From: Candidatus Lindowbacteria bacterium RIFCSPLOWO2_12_FULL_62_27
GTDB lineage: Bacteria; Lindowbacteria; 2-12-FULL-62-27
Reading direction: 5' to 3'
Assembly (NCBI GenBank): GCA_001784175.1
Contig: MFPR01000033.1
Location: 62,001 to 126,000, forward strand
DNA length: 64,000 nt
Made by a program: the position numbers and the translations under genes. The notes under the pieces are model-generated. The model made no database searches. It saw nothing but the letters and a program-made list of their open reading frames with translations, and had not been told where the DNA came from. Every line of letters starts with the position of its first letter. Position 1 is the first letter of the stretch. Of this stretch, positions 17,874-26,971 are shown one piece after another.

Positions 17874-19412
17874 ATGCAGGACATCGGCCGGTATCACATT
17901 CTTTCCCTGATCGGCGCCGGCGGGATGGGGACCATCTACAAGGCGCAGGACACCCGGGACGGGCGGATCGTGGCGTTGAAGACCCTGCACAAGATGTTTC
18001 TCGAGAAGGAGGACATCGTGCGGCGGTTTCAGACCGAGGCCCGGGCCTGCCTGAAACTCGTTCATCCGAACATCCTCCGGGTCCTCGATTGCGACCGCAC
18101 GCCCGATACGTTCTATCTGGCCATGGAGTACGTCGAGGGGAAAAGCCTGAAGGAGTATATCAAGGCTCTCGACGCGGATTTACCGGAGCAGGTCCTGCTC
18201 AGGATTTTTTCGCAGATCTGCGACGCCATGGGCTTCGCGCATCAGCAGGGCGTGCTTCACCGCGACCTGTCCGCGTCCAACGTCGTCGTGCGGGACACGC
18301 TCGACGTGACCATCATCGATTTCGGCCTGTCGAAACTCGCCACCGAGATGACGATGACCCTCACCGGCACCATCGTCGGCACGCCCGAATACATGGCGCC
18401 GGAACAGTTCACGTCCCTGAAGGAGGTGGACGAACGCGCCGACATCTGGTCCATGGGGATCCTCCTGTACGAACTGATCGCGCGGCGGTCGCCGTATGGG
18501 GAGACGATCCAGCCCGTGCATCTGACCCGCAAGATCGTCGACGCGCAGTTCGTTCCGCCGCCGCCGGTCCAATTCAACAGAAACCTCCCGGCCAAATACG
18601 ACTGGATCGTCCAGAGGGCCCTTGAGCGGGACCTCGACGGCCGGTATCGGCGCGTGGAAGACATGCTCCGGGATATGAAAGCCCATCCCGATGATGTGAA
18701 ACCGCCCGGAAAAATCGCGCCCGAGCGGCGCGTTGTCTCCCGACTGCGGTATGCGGCAGCGATCGCGATTGGGGTCTGTGCGATCGTCCTTTTGACATTC
18801 TTTATCCTTCATCGGCGTAAGGCGGAACCGCCGCTGGATCGTGCGACATCAACAGCAGCGACGGCCGCGGAGACCGCAGTGTCCGTCGCTCTCAAGGAAA
18901 TGGCGCCGAACGCGGAGGCCCTGGCCCGGGGGATGACCATCTTCGGATATCGGAAGCAGGTGTTCAAACCCGGAAAACGGTTTGTTCTTTATCCGACGTA
19001 CAGAAATGTCCGGCCGGAAAAATTCAAGGAAAAGTATCGGCCGCTGGTCGAAGAATCACTGGCCGCCAAAAAATCCGGCGTATCCATCAAAGCCTATGCG
19101 ATCCTTGAAGACTCCGTCAAAGTCACCGGCGCGGACATGGAGCGGCTGGATCCCTATTATGTCTGGACCCAAGCCGACATGCTGGACTATTGTGGAAACG
19201 CGCAAAACGTTTATGTGGTGTTCATGCGGGTCTATCGGCTTCCGCAGGAAATCGAGATCCCTTCGCTTCCAAGCGGCGCCGTCATCTTCGCCAATCTGGA
19301 CACGCCGGTGTCCGTGTCCGGCAGCACGCCCGTTCTGGACGACGACGCCTATGGGTCGAGAAAGAGGGAGATTCTGACGGCGCTGGGCCGCGGCCTCCCG
19401 GAAGGACCGTAG
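17874..19412 (+). CDS. Kinase K8: kinase + TM + DUF1802-like domain
   Basis: GAGGMGTIY, HRDLSASN, DFG, GTPEYMAPE; TM YAAAIAIGVCAIVLLTFFIL; ALKE..EAL..RK..FVLYPTY..PYYVWT..RVYRLP..PVLDDDAY. Confidence 0.88.
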   Translation: MQDIGRYHILSLIGAGGMGTIYKAQDTRDGRIVALKTLHKMFLEKEDIVRRFQTEARACLKLVHPNILRVLDCDRTPDTFYLAMEYVEGKSLKEYIKALDADLPEQVLLRIFSQICDAMGFAHQQGVLHRDLSASNVVVRDTLDVTIIDFGLSKLATEMTMTLTGTIVGTPEYMAPEQFTSLKEVDERADIWSMGILLYELIARRSPYGETIQPVHLTRKIVDAQFVPPPPVQFNRNLPAKYDWIVQRALERDLDGRYRRVEDMLRDMKAHPDDVKPPGKIAPERRVVSRLRYAAAIAIGVCAIVLLTFFILHRRKAEPPLDRATSTAATAAETAVSVALKEMAPNAEALARGMTIFGYRKQVFKPGKRFVLYPTYRNVRPEKFKEKYRPLVEESLAAKKSGVSIKAYAILEDSVKVTGADMERLDPYYVWTQADMLDYCGNAQNVYVVFMRVYRLPQEIEIPSLPSGAVIFANLDTPVSVSGSTPVLDDDAYGSRKREILTALGRGLPEGP

Positions 19413-19463
19413 TATCTTATCAGAAACCAATAAGACCCGACCGCCCCTCAGAACGTGTGAATG

Positions 19464-19492
19464 TTGTCCGGGGGCCGCCCTCCAGTTATGAT
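19464..19492 (+). promoter_or_regulatory. Leaderless sigma70-type promoter for the K9 operon
   Basis: TTGTCC-17 nt-TATGAT-7 nt-ATG(19500). Confidence 0.6.
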
Positions 19493-19499
19493 CGCGTGG

Positions 19500-21857
19500 A
19501 TGCCTGCAGACGCGCGATTCGGCGACTACCAATTGATCCGGGAAATCGGACATGGCGGGATGGGGGCGGTCCATCTGGCCGCGCGGCCGGGCGATCCACG
19601 GCCCGTGGCGTTGAAAATCGTGCCGGACTATCTCTCCAGAAATCAGACGTTCCGCGACCGGTTCGCCCGCGAGTGCCAGTCGCTCCGGCGGCTCGAGCAT
19701 CCCGGGATCCCGCGCATTTATGAGGACGGCGAAATCGACGGCCGCCGGTACCTGGCCATGGAATACGCGGAGGGCCAAACGATCGAGTCGCTCCTCGAAT
19801 CGCCGGACAGTCGGGTTTCGGGGGAATTTGTCCGAACCCTCCTGACTGGCGCGGCCCGCATTCTCGACTACGCCCACGGACGCGGCGTGATCCATCGCGA
19901 CATCTCCGCGCGCAATATCATCGTCACGCCGTCGGCCGGCATCAAGCTGATCGATTTCGGCATCTCCAAACTGGCGGACGAAGTCACGCTGACGATGACC
20001 GGCCAGCACCTCGGCACGCCCCTCTACATGGCGCCGGAGCAATTTGCCTCGGGCGGCGCCAAATCCATCGACGCGAGGGCCGATTTGTGGTCCCTCGGGA
20101 TTGTGGGATTCTGCCTGCTCACCGGGAAAGCGCCTTATGTGTACGACAATCATCTTACGCTGATGCGGCAGATCATCGACCCCGAGATGGTCCTTCCGCC
20201 GGCGCTCGATGCGAAGCCGGACGCCGACACCGGCGTCGCCGCCGTGGTGGATCGCCTCCTGCAGCGGAACCCCGAGCACCGGTTTCAGACGGCGGCGGCG
20301 CTTCTCGAGGCGCTCCTGCATCCCGATCAGCCGCTGCAGGAAACCTTCACGTCCGGCCGCAAGTACGCCCTCAACGAGATCGTGTATCTTCCGCACGTCA
20401 AGCGATGGGCGGTGGTGAACGAGCGGGGACGGCTGGGGCGCGCTCCTTACGTGGGGCTGATCCATCACGGCGGGACCGCGAGCGGCCGGGTATGCGGGAT
20501 CAAAAAGTCCGTCGCGGAAACAGCCGCGGAACCCTGTCCGGAATGCGGCGGAAAAACAGCAAAGGCGGCCCCTCAACAGACGGATGTCGGTGGGTTCTGC
20601 CTGTCGTGCGGGTTGATTTCCGATTCGTTGATGCCGCTGGGCCGGAAAACCGAAACGAGGGCGTCGGCCGCGCGCCGGCGGATACTCAAACGCCGTCTGT
20701 CCCGCGCCGGGATATGGACAGCCGGTCTCGTATCCGCGGCCGTTCTGATCCATGCAGGGTGGGACCGGTTCCGCCCGGCGCCTCCGGAGGATAGGGCGGC
20801 GGTCGGTTTGATCGAAAGGGAATTTTCCGAAGTCTCCACCAAGTACAACAAGGATGAAGGACTGGTCATGGACGTCAATACCGCAGGATTCGAGGATCTG
20901 GTGAAGATCAAATTCATGAGCGACAACCGCGCGCTGTTTCTCATCGCCTACCGCCACAATCACGGCGCGTTCAAAAATATGGCAGACGTCCAAAGCGCCT
21001 TGAGCCTGACGGGGCAATACCAGACGGTCCTGGCCCAGTTGAAGGTTGCCTCGCAGTCAGCCGCGCCGCCCGACCCCGAATTTCTTCGGAGGTACAGACG
21101 CGTCAATATCAACAGCGCCGCTCATGACGAGCTGGTGACGATACCGTTCGTTTCCGAGAAAACGGCCGAGGGAATCCACGCGTACCGCAAATCCCATGGC
21201 AACATGCGGACCATCGACGACGTGCTCAATTCCGGCAAGAGCGAATACGCCTCGCAAATCAAACGCCACCGCATGGCATGGTTTGATTTTGTGTCGCTGG
21301 GCGACGCCTCTCTCGATCGGACATTTCAGCAGGCCGTGGACGTCTATTATGCCGGCCTTCGGGCGGCGTCCCAAAAAATTCCGGAATTCACGCGGATTGA
21401 TCTGAACCACGCGACCGTTCTGGAAATGTCCAAGACCCTGAGAAGCAGTTGGGACGCGCTGGCCATCATGATGCACCGACACAAGTACGGCGCCTACCGG
21501 AGCGTGGAGGAGTATGTGAAGACCACGAGAATGGAGCGGGCGTTCACCAAGAACGAACGGATGCGCGACATGAGCCGTCTGACCCTGGAAGCCGCATACG
21601 TCACCCCCGGCGACCGGACGGTCACCCTCGACCCGGAGTTCTTGCGCGACTGGGGCGCGCCGTTGAATCTGAACACGGCGCCGGACGAGCGAATCGTCCG
21701 GATGCCGTTGTTGCTGAAGAAAGAGAAAGAGACGCTTTTGGCGGCCCGGCACGCGCGGAGGCTCCGGTCGGTGGACGAGCTCTGGCCATTGATGGAGCAA
21801 GACGGCCGCGCCCAAAAACGGTTCGATCTCTTGAGGGACTTCGTGACGGTGAAATAA
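19500..21857 (+). CDS. Kinase K9: kinase + beta domain + Zn ribbon + TM + four degenerate ComEA-like units
   Basis: GHGGMGAVH, HRDISARN, DFG, GTPLYMAPE; CPEC..CLSC; TM; units start DVNTA, NINSA, DLNHA, NLNTA. Confidence 0.88.
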   Translation: MPADARFGDYQLIREIGHGGMGAVHLAARPGDPRPVALKIVPDYLSRNQTFRDRFARECQSLRRLEHPGIPRIYEDGEIDGRRYLAMEYAEGQTIESLLESPDSRVSGEFVRTLLTGAARILDYAHGRGVIHRDISARNIIVTPSAGIKLIDFGISKLADEVTLTMTGQHLGTPLYMAPEQFASGGAKSIDARADLWSLGIVGFCLLTGKAPYVYDNHLTLMRQIIDPEMVLPPALDAKPDADTGVAAVVDRLLQRNPEHRFQTAAALLEALLHPDQPLQETFTSGRKYALNEIVYLPHVKRWAVVNERGRLGRAPYVGLIHHGGTASGRVCGIKKSVAETAAEPCPECGGKTAKAAPQQTDVGGFCLSCGLISDSLMPLGRKTETRASAARRRILKRRLSRAGIWTAGLVSAAVLIHAGWDRFRPAPPEDRAAVGLIEREFSEVSTKYNKDEGLVMDVNTAGFEDLVKIKFMSDNRALFLIAYRHNHGAFKNMADVQSALSLTGQYQTVLAQLKVASQSAAPPDPEFLRRYRRVNINSAAHDELVTIPFVSEKTAEGIHAYRKSHGNMRTIDDVLNSGKSEYASQIKRHRMAWFDFVSLGDASLDRTFQQAVDVYYAGLRAASQKIPEFTRIDLNHATVLEMSKTLRSSWDALAIMMHRHKYGAYRSVEEYVKTTRMERAFTKNERMRDMSRLTLEAAYVTPGDRTVTLDPEFLRDWGAPLNLNTAPDERIVRMPLLLKKEKETLLAARHARRLRSVDELWPLMEQDGRAQKRFDLLRDFVTVK

Positions 21858-21858
21858 G

Positions 21859-24177
21859 ATGGAGTTCGGTAATTTCAAGCTGATCCGTGAGCTGGGGCAT
21901 GGCGGGATGGGCGCGGTATACCTGGCGGAACGGCCGGGCGGCGGAAACGCGGTTGCTTTGAAAATCCTGCCGGAACACTTCACCAAAAACGAAACTTTTA
22001 TCATGCGGTTCCGGCGCGAGTGCGACCTCATGCGCCGGCTGGACCACCCGGGAATCCCCCGCCTGTGTGACGAAGGCGAAGCCGGCGGCCGGCGATATCT
22101 GGCGATGGAATATGTGCCCGGCCTTTCACTCGAACAGTATCTGGCGGACGCGCAAGGCCGCGTCAGCCCTGAAAAGGCGCTGGAGGTGCTTGGCGGCGTC
22201 GCGCGAATTCTGTCTTACGCCCACCGGCAGGGCGTGATCCACCGCGACGTTTCGGCCAAAAATATTCTGCTCGGAGACGGCGGCGAGATGAAACTGATCG
22301 ATTTCGGGATCGCCAAACTTGCCGATGACATCACCCTCACGGTGACGGGACAGCATCTGGGCACGCCGTCGTATATGGCGCCGGAACAATTCTCAGGCGC
22401 CGGAACAAAAGCGGTCGGGGCGCAGGCGGACCTCTGGTCGCTCGGCGTGATAGGGTTTCAACTGCTCACCGGCAGGCTCCCGTTTGAAGGCGAGACGCCC
22501 ATGACCGTCATCCGCCACATCATCGATCCGGCCGTATGGACGCCACCCGTGCTGGACGTCAATCCTTCGGCCCCGCCGGCGCTGGCGGCGGTGGTCGACC
22601 GGCTGCTGCAAAAAGATCCGTTGCACCGGTATCCGACCGCGGACGACCTCGTGCAGGCGCTCGCGCTGAGCGCGTCGGAACAGCAGCCTCGCGAGACTTA
22701 CGATCCCAAGCGGCGTTATGGGCTGGACGATATCGTGTATCTGCCGCGCCTCCAGCGATGGGCTGTCGTGGACGAGGAGGGCACGTTGAAGAAATCGACC
22801 TATGTGGGTCTGATACACCACGGGGGCCAAAGGAGCCGCCGGGCGTGCAGAATTAAAAAATATGAAAAAAGCGATTCGCCATGCGCGGAATGCGGCGGCA
22901 GCGCTGCGACGGAGGGGTTCTGCCCGGCCTGCGGTCTGATTGCGCCTCAAAACGAGTCCCTCTGCCGGCCGGGAATGACCCGTCATCTGCGCGGCCGCCG
23001 CCGAACCCGGATTCGAACGCTCTCCATGGCTGTCGCTTCGGCAAGCGTTCTTCTGCTGGCCGGATGGTCCGTCTTGTCGTGGAGCCGGCGCCAGACTTCG
23101 ACGGAGGACCCAGCGACTGGGTTATTTAAAAAAGCGGATTCAGGCCGATTCGGGAAAGTGGACGGGCTCGTGCTGGACGTGAACGCGGCGACGTTCGAAG
23201 ATCTCGTCAAAATAAAAAATATGGGAGCAGACCGGGCGCTCTTCCTTCTGGCGTATCGGCATCGGCACGGCGCTTACAAAGACCTCACGGACGTCGAATG
23301 GGCCCTCAAGCTTTCGAGGGATTATGGCAGAGAGGAAACAATTTCTCATCTCACCGTCCAGTCTCCAACCAGCGCCCCACCCGACTCGGAATTTCTCAAA
23401 CGATACAAGCGGGTGAACATCAACCAGGCGGGCATGGACGAACTTATGTCCATTCCGTTTGTCGGGGATAAACTGGCGCAAAAGTTCCTGGAAAGACGCG
23501 GCACATCCGGCCCGTTTCGAAGCCTCGAAGATGTTCTCGGATCGAGAACGGCCCTCGTCCGGAATGCCAAGCTCACCGCGTGGCTGGATTTCATCTCGCT
23601 CGGAGACCCTGCGCTGGACCGCGCATTAGAGCAGGAGGTCGACGAATATTACGCGGGTACGTGGCAGACCGGCCGGCAGACCTCCAATCGGGACATAAGG
23701 GACGTTCGGGGTCAACTGGATCTGAACCACGCCCCGCTGCAGGACCTGAAGAGACAGATCGACAGCTCCTGGTGGGCGATGTATGTCCTGATGAGCCGTC
23801 ACAAGCGCGGTTCGTTCCAATCGGTCGATTCGCTCATGGACCGGATGAACAAGTATTATGTTTCATCGGGGAGTAAAACCTGGGAAAAAATGGCCGTCAA
23901 ATACCGCCGTGTCCTGTATGTCACTCCGGGTGATCGGACGGTAACCGTCGACTCCGGATTCTTGAAGGATTGGGGGCAGCCGCTGAACCTCAAATCGGCC
24001 GCAGAGGAACGAATTCAGGCCATCCCGTTTTTGAAGAAGCCGGAAAAGGAGGCCGTTCTCGCAGCGCGAAAAATTGGCTCTTTGCGATCGCCTGACGACC
24101 TTCGAAAGTTGATGACGCAGGAGAACAGCGCCGAAATGCGATTTCAAATATTGAGAGACTTCGTGACGGTGAAATAG
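21859..24177 (+). CDS. Kinase K10: tandem paralog of K9 with four ComEA-like units
   Basis: HRDVSAKN, DFG, GTPSYMAPE; CAEC..CPAC; TM; DVNAA, NINQA..IPFVG, DLNHA, NLKSA; same LRDFVTVK end as K9. Confidence 0.88.
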   Translation: MEFGNFKLIRELGHGGMGAVYLAERPGGGNAVALKILPEHFTKNETFIMRFRRECDLMRRLDHPGIPRLCDEGEAGGRRYLAMEYVPGLSLEQYLADAQGRVSPEKALEVLGGVARILSYAHRQGVIHRDVSAKNILLGDGGEMKLIDFGIAKLADDITLTVTGQHLGTPSYMAPEQFSGAGTKAVGAQADLWSLGVIGFQLLTGRLPFEGETPMTVIRHIIDPAVWTPPVLDVNPSAPPALAAVVDRLLQKDPLHRYPTADDLVQALALSASEQQPRETYDPKRRYGLDDIVYLPRLQRWAVVDEEGTLKKSTYVGLIHHGGQRSRRACRIKKYEKSDSPCAECGGSAATEGFCPACGLIAPQNESLCRPGMTRHLRGRRRTRIRTLSMAVASASVLLLAGWSVLSWSRRQTSTEDPATGLFKKADSGRFGKVDGLVLDVNAATFEDLVKIKNMGADRALFLLAYRHRHGAYKDLTDVEWALKLSRDYGREETISHLTVQSPTSAPPDSEFLKRYKRVNINQAGMDELMSIPFVGDKLAQKFLERRGTSGPFRSLEDVLGSRTALVRNAKLTAWLDFISLGDPALDRALEQEVDEYYAGTWQTGRQTSNRDIRDVRGQLDLNHAPLQDLKRQIDSSWWAMYVLMSRHKRGSFQSVDSLMDRMNKYYVSSGSKTWEKMAVKYRRVLYVTPGDRTVTVDSGFLKDWGQPLNLKSAAEERIQAIPFLKKPEKEAVLAARKIGSLRSPDDLRKLMTQENSAEMRFQILRDFVTVK

Positions 24178-24178
24178 G

Positions 24179-25060
24179 ATGTCGTTCTGGAGCCGATCCG
24201 CCTGCCCCGCCTGCGGCGCCCGGCGCGGTCCGGCGGCGTTCTGCCGGACCTGTGGCGTTCTCGCCGACGCGCCGGCGCCTCGAACAGCCCCGGCACGACG
24301 GAGAATCGCAGCGGCCGTCGGCGGAGCGCTCCTGGTTCTCGCATCGTCGGTGGGATTGGGTCTTTGGCTTCGGAAGCCCGATCAGGCGCCGGTCGAGGTC
24401 ATCAAGCGCGCGAGATCAGCCCCGAAAAAATCCGCCGGCCGGCTGGCGACCGGAGAAAAAGTCAATATCAATCTGGCAGGTCTGGCGGAGCTTCAGCGCC
24501 TGCATGGCGTTGGCCCGATGCTGGCGGACTGCATGATGGCGTTCCGCCTGACGTATGGCGCCTTCCAGTCCGAATCCGACTTCCGGTTTCTGCTCGGATC
24601 CACGCGGTCGACGATGGACGAGCGCCGCGAGCAGATTGAATATGGAGACGGCCGCACAGGCCCGATCGATCCGGAATTCTTGAGTAAATACCCGACCCGG
24701 TACGACATGAACGCGATGTCGGAATCGGACATGATCCGGATTCCCTATTTGAAGGAAGCCATCGCGCATTACATCGTGGACTATCGCGGCGCCCATGGCG
24801 GATACCGGTCGATGACGGAACTCATGGACGCCTTCAAAGACCTGAACATTCGCGGCGGATTTGAGGGGGAAGTGCGCAAGCGGTACACGCTGACATTCGC
24901 GATGTTTTTTTACGTCGACGATAAGGAAATGAACTGGACGCGCCGGAACCGCGACGAGTGGATGCGGCTGGTGTCCGGGCCGAAGGCGCCGCCGGCGCCG
25001 GCCGGGTCCGCGCCGCAGGCGCCGGCCGAGCCCGCGCGCGATCCGGCCGAGGGATATTAG
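24179..25060 (+). CDS. Kinase-less Zn ribbon + TM + two ComEA-like HhH units
   Basis: CPACG..CRTCG; TM; VNINLAGLAELQRLHGVGPMLA; second unit YDMNAMSESDMIRIPYL. Confidence 0.82.
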   Translation: MSFWSRSACPACGARRGPAAFCRTCGVLADAPAPRTAPARRRIAAAVGGALLVLASSVGLGLWLRKPDQAPVEVIKRARSAPKKSAGRLATGEKVNINLAGLAELQRLHGVGPMLADCMMAFRLTYGAFQSESDFRFLLGSTRSTMDERREQIEYGDGRTGPIDPEFLSKYPTRYDMNAMSESDMIRIPYLKEAIAHYIVDYRGAHGGYRSMTELMDAFKDLNIRGGFEGEVRKRYTLTFAMFFYVDDKEMNWTRRNRDEWMRLVSGPKAPPAPAGSAPQAPAEPARDPAEGY

Positions 25061-25061
25061 G

Positions 25062-26108
25062 CTAGACTTTGATCCGGTACGTGATCGCGCGGCCGAACTG
25101 GCAGATCGTGAAAGCCGCCTCATCGGAAGGCGGGGGTGGAACGGACGGGCGGCAGACCGCTCTGGCCAGCGCGATGGTGGTGTTGTCCCGGCCGCCGGCC
25201 TGAAGCGTTTCTTGGATCAGTTCGCGGACCTGGTCGGACACGAGCGGCGTTTTTCGCAGCACTTGCTCGATGGCCCGGTCGTCGAGCATGTCGGTCAGGC
25301 CGTCCGTGCACAGCATGACGACATCGCTCGGCGAGACCTTCGCCGTTGATGACTCTGGCTCGACGCCGTCCGATTTGCCCACCGTTCGCGTGATGACATG
25401 GCGCAGGCGGTGACGGCGCGCCTCCTCCGGCGTGATCTTCTTCTGCCGCATCAGGTCCATGACGACCGAGTGGTCCAGCGTCACCGGCCGCAGGCCCTCC
25501 TTTCCGAAAACATACCCACGGCTGTCACCGGCGTGCGCAACGTGCAGGGTCTGGCCCGACAGGACGGCCACCACCACCGTGGTGGCGATGCCGTCCGGCA
25601 TGCCGCGCCGCCCGGCCTCCCGCAGGATGCGATCATGGCCGGTCAGGATGCTCTCCGTGAGATCGCGAGCCGAAATCGCCGGGGCGTAGTCGACCACGAG
25701 GTCGTCGGTGTTCATCGTGGCCGCGCGAAATCCTATATCGTCCGAAGCCGTCGCGACGGCGACGCGCCGAAAGGCCCGGCAGAACAGGTCGACCGCGATA
25801 GATTTCACCAGCATGTTCGACGCGACTTCTCCCGACTCCTCGCCGCCGACGCCATCCGCGACGATCAGGACGGTCACGGGCTGCGCCCCGCGGGGCGGTC
25901 GGAAACGCCACGCGACATGGGCATCCTCGTTGTTGGACCGGGAATTGCCGACGTCGCTCCCGCCGGCCATATCGTCCGTCCGGGATTCCATGCCGGACCA
26001 TTCCCGGAACGACCGGGCTGCCTCCTGGTCACAGATGGTGTTCCACAGTTCGCTGATGTCGATAGGACCGGTGTAGGAGTCCAAGTCTCTCTTCCGTTCG
26101 GTTGTCAT
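25062..26108 (-). CDS. PP2C/PPM-family phosphatase, paralog of 2798-3745
   Basis: SDVGNSRSNNED, VADGVGG, AHAGDSRGY, DHS, LCTDGLTD, GGRDNTT. Confidence 0.92.
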   Translation of the reverse strand: MTTERKRDLDSYTGPIDISELWNTICDQEAARSFREWSGMESRTDDMAGGSDVGNSRSNNEDAHVAWRFRPPRGAQPVTVLIVADGVGGEESGEVASNMLVKSIAVDLFCRAFRRVAVATASDDIGFRAATMNTDDLVVDYAPAISARDLTESILTGHDRILREAGRRGMPDGIATTVVVAVLSGQTLHVAHAGDSRGYVFGKEGLRPVTLDHSVVMDLMRQKKITPEEARRHRLRHVITRTVGKSDGVEPESSTAKVSPSDVVMLCTDGLTDMLDDRAIEQVLRKTPLVSDQVRELIQETLQAGGRDNTTIALARAVCRPSVPPPPSDEAAFTICQFGRAITYRIKV

Positions 26109-26170
26109 CGCTCGTCCCAACGTAGCAAAGCCGTCTGCATTCGGAAAGCCTTATTGTGTTTTTGTCCATA

Positions 26171-26199
26171 TTGCCCGGCCCGGCGGACAGAGGTAGACT
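26171..26199 (+). promoter_or_regulatory. sigma70-type promoter for the 26213 operon
   Basis: TTGCCC-17 nt-TAGACT, 13 nt before ATG 26213. Confidence 0.55.
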
Positions 26200-26212
26200 G
26201 CGAGGCGCGCGA

Positions 26213-26971
26213 ATGAAAAAGGTCATCTGTGTCTGCGGGCAACGGATTTCTCCGAGAATCGCATACTGTCCGTCGTGCGGCGTCCTGACACAGGACCTCG
26301 CCCGACAAAGCGTCGCACGGACGCGATGGTGGATGTGGCTTTCGCTGGCATTCATCGGCGCTGCCGTCCCCGCCGCGATCTTCATCCGGACCGGCAGGTC
26401 CAACACGAACGCGGTACCCGCCGGGCCGTCGGGGGAATTGTTGTTCAAGAAAAACATTCGACTGCAGCCGGGCGAAATGCTCAATATCAATACGGCCACC
26501 CTGGATGAACTGAAGCGGGTGCCGCATGTCAACCGGCAGATGGCCGTCATCATCATGGCCCACCGGGCCGGGCGGGGAGCGTTTGTGGAAAAGGAAGACC
26601 TGAAAAAACTCAGCGGGATCACCAACACCGCCTACGACGCGATGGAACCCTTCATCGAAGCCGGCAACGGACGGTCCGTCACGGTGGACGGTGAATTTTT
26701 CCGGATGTTCCCCCGCAGGATCAACCTGAACACCGCAGTGGAGTCGGACTTGACCCGCGTTCCCTATGTCCAGAAATATTTCGCCGGTCTTATTCTGGAG
26801 TATCGCCAGTCCCACGAATCATTCCGCTCGACCGGCGAACTCGTCGAGGCCTTCAAGAAAATGAGGGAACTCGGCAACTATAATCAAATGCAGTATTCAT
26901 CGCCGAAAGAACGTGCCTTCACCATCGAACCTTTCTTCTGCGTGCAGGTCGACGACTGCGGGTGGAAATAG
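26213..26971 (+). CDS. Kinase-less Zn ribbon + TM + two ComEA-like HhH units
   Basis: MKKVICVCG..YCPSCG; TM WWMWLSLAFIGAAVPAAIFI; LNINTATLDELKRVPHV..KKLSGI; INLNTA. Confidence 0.82.
   Translation: MKKVICVCGQRISPRIAYCPSCGVLTQDLARQSVARTRWWMWLSLAFIGAAVPAAIFIRTGRSNTNAVPAGPSGELLFKKNIRLQPGEMLNINTATLDELKRVPHVNRQMAVIIMAHRAGRGAFVEKEDLKKLSGITNTAYDAMEPFIEAGNGRSVTVDGEFFRMFPRRINLNTAVESDLTRVPYVQKYFAGLILEYRQSHESFRSTGELVEAFKKMRELGNYNQMQYSSPKERAFTIEPFFCVQVDDCGWK

Noticed and set aside
1533-26108. Known kinase-containing defence or secretion loci (BREX/Pgl PglW, T6SS PpkA-PppA)
   Set aside because: No pglX/pglZ/brx or T6SS structural genes in the window
1533-26971. A natural-competence (comE) locus
   Set aside because: No comEC, comF, dprA or pilin genes seen; the HhH units are fused to kinases or Zn ribbons
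5275-26971. Diversity-generating retroelement acting on the ectodomains
   Set aside because: No reverse transcriptase and no template/variable repeat pair noticed
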